This document shows, piece after piece, positions 29,003 to 41,790 of a stretch of DNA of 64,000 nt. The stretch comes from Octopus sinensis. Taxonomy: Eukaryota. Both the position numbers and the translations under genes were made by a program. Under the pieces are notes generated by a model that was not told the DNA's origin, made no database searches, and saw only the letters and a program-made list of their open reading frames with translations. The DNA lies in assembly GCF_006345805.1 (NCBI RefSeq), contig NC_042999.1, forward strand, positions 51,770,001 through 51,834,000, in the 5' to 3' direction. Position 1 is the stretch's first letter. Each line of letters starts with the position of its first letter.

Positions 29003-30250
29003 GGGTTGGACAAAATAATGGAAACATCTAGCATCATAGCATCATAATTTTGAAATATCTATAAAACCATCAAAAGCTTGTTTATTTTTATGGTTTTTGA
29101 TTTATTATCAGTGTTGCTTAATATGTTTTGCTAAAACTGCTGTTTCTTTTTAGATATCATTAGAAAAAAAGTAATTAAAAGTGACAAATCTATCGGACTT
29201 TCAAAGAGGTCAAAATATTGGTGCTGGTATGGCAGGCGCTAGCATAACGGAAACAGTCGAAATGTTTTGTATATCAAGAAGTACTGTCTCGAAAGTAATG
29301 ACAGCCTTTGAGAAAGAGGAAAAAAAACCCCTCTTCGAAACAAAACTCTGGAACTTTCAGATAGGAACCGTTGGACTCTTACACTAATTTGTAGAAAGGA
29401 TCACAAAAGTACAGCTCCCAAAAGTACTGCAGAGCTTAATGACCACCTCGAGAACCTAGTTTCCACAAAAACTGTTCGCCGGGAGCTGCGCAAAGCCGGA
29501 CTTCACGGGAGGGCTGCAATCAGAAAACCACAACTTTCGAAAAGAAAAAAAGAAAAGAAAACGTTGCAAAGCGTTAAAAATGGAGTAAAACCTACAGAAT
29601 TGGTCCCGAGAGCAGTGGAAGAATGTTATTTTCTCGGACAAGTCATCCTTTACATTATTTCCGTCCACCGACCGAGTATACGTGTGGAGAGAGCCAAAAG
29701 AAGCATTTGACCCAGACTGCCTTCTTCCAACTGTTAAATATGGCGGAGGATCTGTGATGATTGAGGGGGCGGCTATATCTTGGAAATTCGCAGGCCCAGT
29801 GGTTTCCCTTCATGGCAGAATTAATAGTTATGATTATTTAAACATGTTATCTGATCAAATTTATCCTATGGTTGCAGAACTCTTTCCAGAGGGAAATGCA
29901 ATCTTTCAGGATGATAATGCACCAATTCACACAGCTAAAGTTGTTACTGAATGGCATGTGAAACATTCTAGTGAAGTCGAACATCTTATCTGGTCACCAC
30001 AGTCCCCAGATCTCAATATTATTGAACATTTATGGTTCATTTTAGGAAAACAGATAAGGAGTCGATATCCTCCACCACCATCACTACAAGAACTGGAGAT
30101 TGTTTTAGCTGAAGAATGGACAAAAATTCCTTTGGAAGCAATTCAAACATACCCCGTAGAATTCAAGCTGTAATCTACTGCCAAAGGCGGTCCTACCCCA
30201 TATTAAAATAAATTTGTTTAAGGTGTTTCCATTATTTTGTCCAACCCTTG
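29000..30250 (+). mobile_element. Tc1-like DNA transposon with DD36E spacing, frameshifted
   Basis: TIR CAGGGGTTGGACAAAATAATGGAAACA / TGTTTCCATTATTTTGTCCAACCCTTG, TA flanks within (TA)n; FSDKS, GGGSVMI, FQDDNAPIH...SPDLNIIE. Confidence 0.92.
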
Positions 30251-32039
30251 TATATATGCATATATGTTTAGAAGTGCTCTCTCGCATGCATACAGAAAAA
30301 TATTTAGTTATGCATGTACATACATCGCACGGCATCAAGCGATCTTATTGCTTAGTCATAGTGTTAGGGAGGAGAGAGATGAGTAGTATTTGTGATAGTC
30401 AGCGTTGTTATTTTTGGGTTTAGGTCAATGTTCACCGCGTCGGATTCTCTATAAAGCACAATCCACTTGTAACACTTCTGTCTTTCTATATTACTCAGGA
30501 CTACACTGTACGATTAGCTATTCCTTTGTTAAACCGGTAGAGTGCCATTTGAGAGACATTTGGCTATTATTTCTACCAGATTGTACGAATGTTTGGTGGC
30601 CGTCTGTGTTGTTTTATGGGTGCGGATTTGTTATCCGAACAATATCGGATATATAATCAATGTATCGGAGTCTATACGCGGTGGCTCGGCCTGCTGGAAA
30701 TAACAGCCAAATCTTCCTCAAACCATACTCTAATATTGTAGAAAGAACACATTGTCTATTGTAATACAAGATACTGTATTCTTATAAGGATAAAGGGAAA
30801 GGGGGAGACGGCTGGAATGTCTTTGAGCCCCAAACATTATAACTGCGATTATCCAGGGATAATGGTGTTGTGGCAATTATTATTACAAACAAATGCCAAC
30901 AGAAAAAAGAGGTTTGATTTGCTATGTAAAGTTTCAAGATAACTCTTACATAATATAATTCTACATAAAATATGCTAATGAAGACCTTTTCGTTTGAAAC
31001 ATTCGTATACATGAAACTATAAAATACGAAAAACCATGCCAATGTTTGACGTATTCTTCAGCAAAGACTCCTTCTATAACATAGTTTTGACACTTGATGT
31101 AGATGGGTTCAAAGTTGAAGCCATTGATTATATTAGCTTCTCTGCAATAAAGCCCTTCTATAGACAGTGAAATACAATACAGCCGTAACTGATGGAGCGA
31201 AGCAGAACAATAATGGAGCCAGAGGTGAACTTTTTGCAGAAACGTTTCAACTGTATTTCAAAAATTGACATTTCGCCATATTAATTCCTCTCAGCCAAAA
31301 TAAGAAAGGAGTAGAATAAGTTACCAAAGTCAATCTATAATATCAGATCCATAAATATCTGGAATACAATTGATTTCTTGCAGATTCCACTTTGCCCCCT
31401 TCATGTAAAAAAAAAACAACAAAAAGCTTGGATATTTAGTAGAAGTGCACGCGCACATATGCAAAAAGACTCACACGCACACACATGAAAACACAAACAC
31501 AAATAAACACACGTAGACATACATACAATGCACAAACGGGAACGTGACTCGCACACAGACATAAATTATATATATATATACAATCAAACCATATTATATT
31601 TGTGTATGCACGCACGCCGGTATATATACATACATACATACATACATACATACATACATACATACATACATACATACATACATACATACATACATACATA
31701 CGTACGTACATACATACGTACATACAAACGTATATATATATATTTTCTCCCCTCATTTATATTGCTCTTACATACTGTGTCCTCTGTATATTCTGACTGA
31801 ATCATTGCGTCAACATGTACCTCCTTGTGACAATGTAGCCTTTAATCTAATCAAGATAACTCTGGTCTGAAGATTAGCCGGCTGTTTACATACACCTCAC
31901 TCGGATTTTACCACTTCTGAGGTTCCACTAGCTATGAAAGATATGTAGCCCATATTTCCCATACTCTATTCCGTAACTCTAGTACACACACACACACACA
32001 CTCACACACACACGCACACGCGCGCACGCACACACGCGC

Positions 32040-32098
<59 letters not shown>

Positions 32099-32246
32099 TA
32101 CATGTTGTACCACTGAAATCCAAGTATTTTTTTCATTTTCTCCCTCTGTTTATTTTCTCTTATTCCTTTCTGTCGAAGATCGTAGACTCGAAACATAAAA
32201 GACTGTTTCATTTTCTTACGTGTAAACATTAAGCCCTAATAATCTC

Positions 32247-32853
32247 TGTGATAAATAAATCAGTTTTAGAGCCTATTGGCGTCTTCTTCTAGCATGTGGC
32301 ATTTCTTGGTAGTTGCCCTTATTATAATTTTATAATGATATTTATAAAATTAGATACATTGTATTGATTTTTACCTTAATTGGTTTTTACATGCTAGCTA
32401 CTTGATAGAATTCTATAGAGATTTTATCCTTGATTACAACTGATAAATATGAATTCACTTAAACCAAATTTATTCACTGCTGAATTATTTTGGTTATTCA
32501 CACGTGACTGAGATGAACAAATGAGATTTTTAACTTTTAAGTGTGAACATTTCTATATGCACCGTGGATATGTTATGTTCGTATGGTATGTATAAATGTT
32601 TATAATTATGTACTTTTGGTTATGTCATACTGATGATGGTAAAAGTGGATTTACGTCACTAAAGCAGAACTCGGTCTGTGGCCAAACATTTTCAAAGAAT
32701 TATTTTTGTTTATTCTTTCGATTTCAGCCCGTGTCAATGTGATAAATAAAGTTGTTTTAGAGCCTTCTTTTGACGTCTTCTTCTAGCATGTGGTATTACT
32801 TGGTAGTTGCCCTTATTATAATTTAATAATTATATTTATAAAATTATATACTT

Positions 32854-32857
<4 letters not shown>
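32247..32857 (+). mobile_element. Partial tandem (~491-bp unit) with a degenerate hammerhead; PLE pseudo-LTR/retrozyme-like
   Basis: 32247-32363 repeated at 32738-32857. GTCATA-CTGATGA...GAACTCG-GTC-TGTGGC at 32624-32682 has a 6-bp stem I. Ends in (TA)n. Confidence 0.55.
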
Positions 32858-32891
<34 letters not shown>

Positions 32892-33519
32892 TGTGTGCAT
32901 GTGTGTGTGTGTTGTGCATGTATGTATGTATATATACACACACATGAATGATGTTGAAATGCATTAGAATTCTGTAAGGAGATTAATTTACATGGATCAA
33001 TTTCATAACTTCATGATTTGAAAAAAAAAAGTGTGAGATGGTGGTGGGAGCATGGACTGTGTCACAACTGTTTCACCCTTAAAACTGTTGCCTCTTGGTC
33101 TTTCATCCTACACTACTCTTGATAATTTCGAAATTGTGAAAATAATTAAGTTAAGGTGAATAAAAAGTATAAAAAGAAACTCCATATGAAACTTCATATG
33201 AAAATATCAAACATTTATTCAAAATCTTGAATTAAATACCTCTAAGAAAATCTAAATCTGTTGTTTCTTGGTATTTTTTTACACAACTGATAAAATTCGT
33301 GTTGTTGCATCCTTATATTTCTTTCTCGGTGGTTCAGGAGCGAAACCAACAATAATCTGTGGTCGTTTGAACATTTTGACAGGCCGCTGGCATTTATAGA
33401 GTGTTAAAAACTTTCGGTATGCAAATTAGGGATCCCTTCATAGGGTAACTGCTGCATTTGTTAATTATATAAATAGTTTTGCTGCTTGTTTTTCTGGAGA
33501 CTGTCAGAATGATGTAGAC

Positions 33520-33562
33520 GCCGCTGATGAGAACTCAATAAGGTTCGAAAATCGATTAAGCT
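33520..33562 (+). ncRNA. Minimal hammerhead motif
   Basis: CTGATGA-GAAC...GTTC-GAAA-ATCGAT-TA; perfect stem II, palindromic stem III AATCGATT, poor stem I. Confidence 0.55.
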
Positions 33563-34469
33563 TGTTCATTATATTTTTCCACTGAAAAATGGCTAAATTT
33601 GCCCTGTTTATAATTATACCATTTGTTACAAATCTATCTATCTGTCAGTCTATCTATCTTCTGTCTTCGTTTTTATATGTGTGCATGTACACAGACACAC
33701 ACACACATACACATGATATCCTAGAGTAGACAGTGGCATTAATTGAACGTTCATTAATGAATCTGAAACTGCAGAAGTTTGAAATAATTAGTATCCAACC
33801 CAAATACCTGATTTTACTTACAACTACCATGAAAAACATTCTTTTTGTACATGTATCATTTATACATCCACACACACATATATTCACTTCTAGACACACA
33901 CACACACACACACACACATACACAACATACACACATATCTGCACATAAAACACGGTTTATACATATATAAAATAGATGTTTGTGTGCATGTGGTTGCATG
34001 CAGGTAAGAATATGAAACTCTGCGATAGAAACAAAGTGTGAGGTAGAGAGAAGAGAGAGAAGAGAAAGAGAGAGAGAGAGAGAGAGAAGGGGGCGCGGAG
34101 AGAGAAAGAGAAACTGAGGAGGAAAGGAGAGGGGAAGTGTGAGCCACAAAATGAGAACTAAGTAAAAATACAGACATTTTCAGGTGAAGTTTCCACCCCG
34201 AGAATATACATATATATATATATATATATAAATATATACAAATTGAGATAGGGGTTGTAAATGCAACCCTCCATGGGATAACATATATCCAATATACTGC
34301 TAGTGAAGTACCCAACAAAGTTAATACATAAATGTTAATGATTGCGATGCAATCAATTCATTTACTGTATTATATGGGCAAAGGTAAAATGATTTACCAC
34401 AAATTACTAATACAAGATAAGAAAATGGAGAAATACATCCAAATCAAATATCAATTGTATATAAGTATG

Positions 34470-34592
34470 TATATAAGTATGAGTGTGCGTGTGTGTTTAT
34501 ATGTGTATACGTATATATATATATATATATACGTATACACATAAACACACACACGCACACCCATACTTATATACATGTATGCATATACATAC

Positions 34593-34652
<60 letters not shown>

Positions 34653-34671
34653 CATGTATGCATATACATAC

Positions 34672-34751
<80 letters not shown>

Positions 34752-34885
34752 ATGCATACATGTATATAAGTATGGGTGTGCGTGTGTGTGTTTATGTGTA
34801 TACGTATATATATATATATACGTATACACATATAAACACACACGCACACTCATACTTATATACATGTATGCATATAAATACATAC

Positions 34886-34979
<94 letters not shown>

Positions 34980-35036
34980 GCATATATGCATATACATGCA
35001 TATATGTAAATATATTTGTATAAAATGTAATCATAT

Positions 35037-35075
<39 letters not shown>

Positions 35076-35173
35076 GTTGGTACATGTATTATGTATGTGA
35101 TTATATACATATATATAAATAAATACGCACACATACATTAGACACACCATCACACACGCACAACACACGCACA

Positions 35174-35245
<72 letters not shown>
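34470..35245. repeat. (TA)n/(CATA)n block containing a nested inverted duplication
   Basis: 34470-34514 is the reverse complement of 34819-34863; 34530-34592 is the reverse complement of 34744-34806. Confidence 0.85.
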
Positions 35246-35250
<5 letters not shown>

Positions 35251-36321
35251 ATTGTTTGAGTAAATTGAACACAAGATTGTAGAAGAGAATATTCTAAGAA
35301 TTTAAAGAATGCAACTTGATAATTGGTAGCTATTTTCTACTGTAATACAATTTCTTGTCCTTGTTTTTTCTATCTCTGTTCACTGACATTTTCTCACTGT
35401 TATTGATTATCTTTCCTACTGATTCCTTGTCGGAATCCGACAGAATTCCGTATTTTCTGATTGCAAGTCAAAGCTGACGTCCTTTCTATTGTATTAGAGC
35501 TATTCCCTGCAACTCGAATGGAGAGTGTCTTCTGACAGAGCTTAGTTCTGCCGCTGGGCATTACTAATAGCAATATCATGATATAGACGAGTGCTTTAAT
35601 AGAAATATAGTGCTATTTTTGATGCGTTCTATACTTGCTTTTTCTAAATGAATTTCAATCGGCAGATCTAACCCCCTGACCCTATTTTGCACGGGGTCCG
35701 TCGCTTATCACGAGATGTCGCCTCATTTCATTAACAGATATTTCATAATTCTTCAATGTACAAGTGACACTGGAAGTATTTGGATTTCAAGATATAAAAT
35801 GCTTAACGTGAAACGATCCCTTATACTCAGCCTAAAAATCACTTTCGCTATCGAGTCCAGTCTGTTTAACAATAGAAACGCAGACAGCCCATGAGTTCCA
35901 GAAAAATAGATAATTCTAAATTGACCATTCATGGTTTTGAAACGACCATCGTAGGACCCACGTTCCGATGCTATCATTGATCTGTGTGTGCATGGATACA
36001 CATACACACGCACATATATATACTTGGGAAGCTGGAAATGCACTGGGAGTCTTTTAGATGGTTTATTTTTAAAAGCTCAACTGGTTTCACAGATTTCTTC
36101 TGATTTTCAAAAGTCGAGATAGATATGTGGCTCTGCCGCAGTTCCCTTGATTCTGAATGGTTTTCGAAAATTCTATTATTTTTACAGAGAGAACATGATT
36201 CAAATCACTCTCTGTTTACCATACAATTTCTTTGGCAGAGGATGGTCACATGATTAGGTTTAGAAATTTTTGTACGTTTCCTGCTACGTTCGTTGGCATT
36301 ACTCACATAAACTCGCGGTCT

Positions 36322-36592
36322 GAGTTGTATTCTTGAGCAAGACTTTTTATTTCATATTGCTCCTGTTCGCTCAGCTGTAGAAATAAGTTGCTGCATCACT
36401 GGTGCCAAGCTGTATCAGCTCCTTTGCCTTTCCCTTGGGTAACATCGGTGACGTGGAGAGGGGAGGCTGGTATGCAGAGGCAACTGCTGGTCGTCCATAT
36501 ACAACCTTGAGCCTCGGATTTGTACCTTGGAAACGAATTTTCTAGGAGCAATACCATGGTCATTCGCGACCGAAGCGGGTCTTCACCTTTTA
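36322..36592 (+). mobile_element. Degenerate SINE-like element
   Basis: GTTGTATTCTTGAGCAAGACTTT...CGCTCAGCTGTAGAAAT resembles the core at 12865-12902. Confidence 0.45.
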
Positions 36593-37048
36593 TTACATAG
36601 CTATAAAATTATGGTAAAGACACTATAAAATTGTTTTCCACGAAATTCGTGCTCTAGTGTCATGCGAGAAGAAGGCCATGATTGTGCTCAAATTTAAAGT
36701 TATTGGTTGTGTAAATTCATCAAGTCATGTGGCAGAATGTGTTTGTGTGAGTAGTTGTTGGTGACTGTACATTGTAAAAGTTAATTCAATCGTGGTTTGT
36801 ATTTATGTGCGAACATATTTCCAATAGTTATTCGAGTTTGATCTGAGGTATTCACGGAGAAAAGCTTAAGTGGGAAGACTTGGAATTCGGGGGACTTCTC
36901 GCACGTACGTCTATGTACTCACTCAGTGAGATCTGTCTAGAACTGGGTCTCGCACTTATGGGCGATGAATAGTCGGTCTATTTCTAAGAGAGAGTTTTGT
37001 CTGGTCTGTGCAATTCTAGTCTCATCCTTTAAGTTTTAAAGCATGCAA

Positions 37049-37347
<299 letters not shown>

Positions 37348-37873
37348 GCAGTGCATGCCGTCAAAGTGACACTGGGGTAAAATATACGAAGCCCAGCATA
37401 CCCATCATGACTACCCGTCTGATAAGGGTACACTAGGCACATGCATCACAACCGTATGTGCGCGACATGGTGATCACATGACCTCGCAGGTGGGGCCCAG
37501 TTAGAATTTTCTTCTGGTCGAGTAACCCATCCCACTCAAAAGGTCCCTGTATACGGGTTGTTTAAGGATGTTGAACGAAGCGCCCATGTTTCCAGAGGTA
37601 AATTATTAAAGCCCCAAAGAATCCCTCTCCACGCATGGCTATGATGCTCCCCTACTACTTCTGCTCGTGATCAGAGATGCACATATCGTCAGCCACTAAG
37701 GGACATGCTCAACAGGTTACGGTCAAACAACTGACAAGTAAATTTGTGGTATTGAACATAATATTTACTGTTGCCCATCTTTTATACCAACATAAAACAA
37801 TGTACATGATAACACTCCCAATCAGTTAAGATCAGAAGCCATGAGAGCCACTGCCTGGTACTGCATCAGGGCA
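37348..37873 (-). mobile_element. ~525-bp non-coding insert between (TAA)n tracts, family unknown
   Basis: GC-richer block bounded on both sides by (ATT)n; no recognisable ORF. Confidence 0.45.
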
Positions 37874-37895
37874 TTTATTATTATTATCATCATCA

Positions 37896-37976
<81 letters not shown>

Positions 37977-37981
<5 letters not shown>

Positions 37982-38091
37982 TAGTTTTATTTTTATAGCG
38001 TGCTTTCACTTCACTACCGAGAATGCGAACTACTAACCCCAAGATTCCAAGTTCGATTCCAAGTAGCGACCTGAATGATAATGATGATGAT

Positions 38092-38138
<47 letters not shown>

Positions 38139-38140
38139 TA

Positions 38141-38209
<69 letters not shown>

Positions 38210-39095
38210 GCTCTGTGTGCCTTGGGTATGTGGTTTGCTGTGATGCTATTATGGTTACACTATTAAAAGTATTTCACGTAGAATGTGTGCAGTACCTAGT
38301 AGTGCAATTTTCTGTATGTTATATGTGTTTGTAAGTTTTGGTATTTTTGTTAGGTATTTGTCTGAATATTTTTTATCCTGCCTAATGCACATACTATGAT
38401 AGGAATTGTTTCTGTTTTTAGATTCCACATTCGAGTTACCTTTACTCCAGGTCTTTGTGCTTTGAAAGTTTCTCCATTTCTTTTAGAGACACGTTGTCAT
38501 CTGCTGGTATTGATACATAAATTAGAAAGCATTTTGTTTTCTTCGTGATCTCTAACAACTATATCTGGCCTGTTGGCCTTAATTTCTCTATGTGTGTGTA
38601 TTGGCATATCCCAGAGTATGGTTACTTTCTCGTTTTCTGTGACCTTTTCTGGTGTGTGCCTATACCATTTTTTTCTGTTGTTATTCTATAATGTTGGCAT
38701 AACTTCCAGTGTATGTAGGTCCCAACTCTGTCGTGTCTGTGAATATATTCCTTCTTAGCCAGGACTGGGCAGCCAGAGATAATATGATTTATTGTTTCTT
38801 GTCCATCTCCACATAATCTGCAGTTGCTTGTTATATTTCTTTTCATTATATGTTTTTGTTAATTTCTGGTGGGGAGGCTTTGGTCTTGTGCTGCAATTAA
38901 AAATCCCTCCGTATCTGCTTTGAGTTCTGAGCTTCTCAACCATTGCTGGGATTTTTCTTTGTCTATTTCTTTTGCGTTTAGTTTAGTGCAGTATTTACCA
39001 TGAAGGGGCTTTTCTTGCAATCATTTTATCATGGTCCGTTGCTGTTCTAGTTTTAGTTTGGATTTCATTTGTTTTATAGCTATTGTTTCTTCTTC
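37977..39095 (-). mobile_element. Dong/R4-like family A 3' part, degenerate, interrupted at 38022-38208
   Basis: Reverse complement of ~21825-22776 (CRLCGDGQETINHIISGC, RHDRVG, same 3' UTR). Confidence 0.9.
38022..38208 (+). mobile_element. Truncated tRNA-like head + (TAA)n of the hammerhead-SINE family
   Basis: CTACTAACCCCAAGATTCCAAGTTCGATTCCAAGTAGCGACCTGAAT matches 43129-43176. Confidence 0.8.
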
Positions 39096-39322
39096 ATCTT
39101 CTTCTTCTTCTTCTTCTTCTTCTTCTTCTTCTTCTTCTCTTCTTCTTCTTCTTCTTCTTCTTCTTCTTCTTCTTCTTCTTTCTTCTTTCTTCTTCTTCTT
39201 CTCTTCTTCTTCTTCTCCTCTCCTCCTCCTCCTCCTCCTCCCCTCCTCCTCCTCCTCCTCCTCCTCCTCCTCCTCCTCCTCCTTCCTCCTCCTTCTTCTT
39301 CTTCTTCTTATTATTATTATTA

Positions 39323-39386
<64 letters not shown>

Positions 39387-39398
39387 CATCATCATCAT
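39087..39398. repeat. (TTC)n/(CCT)n/(ATT)n compound microsatellite
   Basis: Read directly from sequence. Confidence 0.95.
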
Positions 39399-39546
39399 TC
39401 AGGTCGCTGCTTGGAATCGAACTTGGAATCTTGGGGTTAGTAGTCTGCACTCTTAACGACTACCGAAACGTTAACCAGCCGAAACGTTGTGTTAACAGCA
39501 AGCAATTTGGGGACAAATATCTGTCATGTGTAAATAATGTAAATAA
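39398..39546 (-). mobile_element. Hammerhead-SINE family copy: minus-strand tRNA-like head with an inverted tail piece
   Basis: 39402-39463 is the reverse-complement head; 39476-39546 (CAGCCGAAACGTTGTGTTAAC...GGACAAATATCTGTCA...TGTAAATAATGTA) is the tail in opposite orientation. Confidence 0.75.
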
Positions 39547-40446
39547 AGTTGATATAAAGATGTACTGTTGGATTATTTTTGGGACTTGAAGCTGGAGTAG
39601 TGGTTGCCCACTTTAGTTTTGAAAGTGATGCTACAGGGGGCGATATATATATGCAGTTACACTTGACAGATGATACTGTGCACCTGTAAACGATATTTTA
39701 GTAAGAAACTTAAGTGTCGCCTGTAACTGCATAGATTCATAGGTGATCTTCTGGATGAATTTGTAGGATGATCGCTGTTTAATGAAGGACTGGTGTTAGG
39801 TTCATTATTAGTGACAGCGTTAAACATATGCGTGCTAAATGTATATGAGTATATATATATATATTATATATATATATATATATATGCACACACGCATTTA
39901 TGTATTGTGTCTGTATTACATTATATCTGTATCACCCGCAAACATGATGTGCATATCTATGGATTTACAGATGTCTGAGCAGTATAACCTAGGAATACCG
40001 TACGTCTCTTCCTTCCTTCCTCCTCCTCCTCCTCCTCTCCTCCTCCTCCTACTGCTGCTGCTGCTGCTACTACTACTACTACTACAGATGCTGCTCTTGC
40101 TGCTACTATTACGAGTATACATGGTATATAAACAAATATATATTCAGATGTACACACACACACACACATGCATATCATGCGTACACATATCACACACATA
40201 TATACACACACACCCCCCCACTCAGGCATTTATGCATATAGTTGTGTGTATGTGTGTGTGTGTCTATGAGTATGTGGCTATGTGTTTGAGTGTATGTGTG
40301 TGTTTGTGCGGTTGAAATAAATTGATTCTTCAGCAGCTGGCAAAAGTCTCTCTTGAATTTTCCGACCATAGCAAGTTTAGTCGAGATCCGATATTCCAGC
40401 AATTGCGGCTACGTCTTCATATAACCATCCCACAATACTGCTACTT

Positions 40447-40748
40447 CCACCGCCACCACCACCACCACCACCACCACCACCACCACCACCACCACCACCA
40501 CCACCACCACCACCACCGCCACCACCGCCGCCACCACACAACCGGCACCGCGACCACCTGCAGCACCAGGACCACAACGACGACGACCACCACCACCATC
40601 CTACGTCATCACTCATCTAGCTCCATTCCTCCACAATCATAACTACCATTATCATTATTCTACTTGTCTACCACTATCTTACCACCACCACCGCCATCAT
40701 CGGTATCATCATACTCCTCCTCCTCTTGCTCCACCTCTTCAACATCAC

Positions 40749-40783
<35 letters not shown>

Positions 40784-40960
40784 ACATCGCCTTCATCATC
40801 ATCAACATCGCCTTCCTCCTCCTCCTCATCATCATCTTCGCCTTCATCATCATCATGATCATCATGATCATCATGATCATCATCATGATGATGATGATCA
40901 TCATCGCCTTCATCATCAACATCGCCTTCATCATCATCATCATGATCATCATCATCATGA
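40447..40960. repeat. (CAC)n and (CAT)n microsatellites
   Basis: Read directly from sequence. Confidence 0.9.
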
Positions 40961-41559
40961 CTATACAGTAATCAGATGAAGAGCTTGAGTAAAAAGATGA
41001 AGCATATATTACAAGAAGCTTCTCTCCCACCGACAAAGAAAAAAAACCTAATTAGAAAATAAATTGATTTTTGTGATTATCGTATTTATTGATAGAGTGC
41101 AATACAGAATTTTAACTTTGTTCTTAATCTCAACCGGTTCCTCTCCTCTGCTTTTTTCCAATCTATTCCAATATTACGGTCTTGAGCAGATATTTCTTCA
41201 CTTCAGACGGATTACATTCAATAAAGTAAGAACTCCTTCTTCGCTGATGGTTTGCAACTATCAGAGCATGGCGTCACGCTCTGATACGAATAACTGAGGG
41301 TTGTTACTGTTTTAATAAATGGTGTTAAATACTGTCAGGAGAGTGATCGAAGTGCATGTATCGGATGTACAGACGATCCATTATTAGGATTTCTGTTGTG
41401 TTTAGCCAGAAAATAGAATTTATTTGCTGATGCTGATTGCTGGCAGGAAGAAGAGGAAAACAGTTAATCTATTTACATATATAACCATTATGTTTGTTGA
41501 CTAAACGTTCTGTCATGTACTCTGGCCTTCCTCTGGGCTAATTGCGATAAACCTGCTTA

Positions 41560-41790
41560 AAGAACGTCTACAGTGGGATTTCAACTGTACACTGCAAGCG
41601 TTGAAGCACTCGTCACCTACTGTAGCTGTTTGCCTTGATGGACTGAGTCATAACAGTTAAATACCTTAATTATTGACACAATGTTACGCCGATGATATAA
41701 TAGGAACCCGTGACCTGCAAGCTTATTGAACAATTCGTACACAAATATAGATCCGGCTTACCATATAGGTTTAATGATAACACATGAGGC
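41560..41790 (+). mobile_element. Highly degenerate LINE RT remnant
   Basis: TGT TAC GCC GAT GAT ATA (CYADDI) at 41681-41698, later IGLMI in another frame. Confidence 0.35.

Noticed and set aside
37625-37872. Short resemblances to U1/U2 snRNA segments
   Set aside because: Only ~10-nt matches without colinear snRNA structure.
39021-41036. Poly-Glu/His/Ser/Gly ORFs resembling low-complexity proteins
   Set aside because: Open in several frames and on both strands purely from triplet repeats; no splice or domain support.
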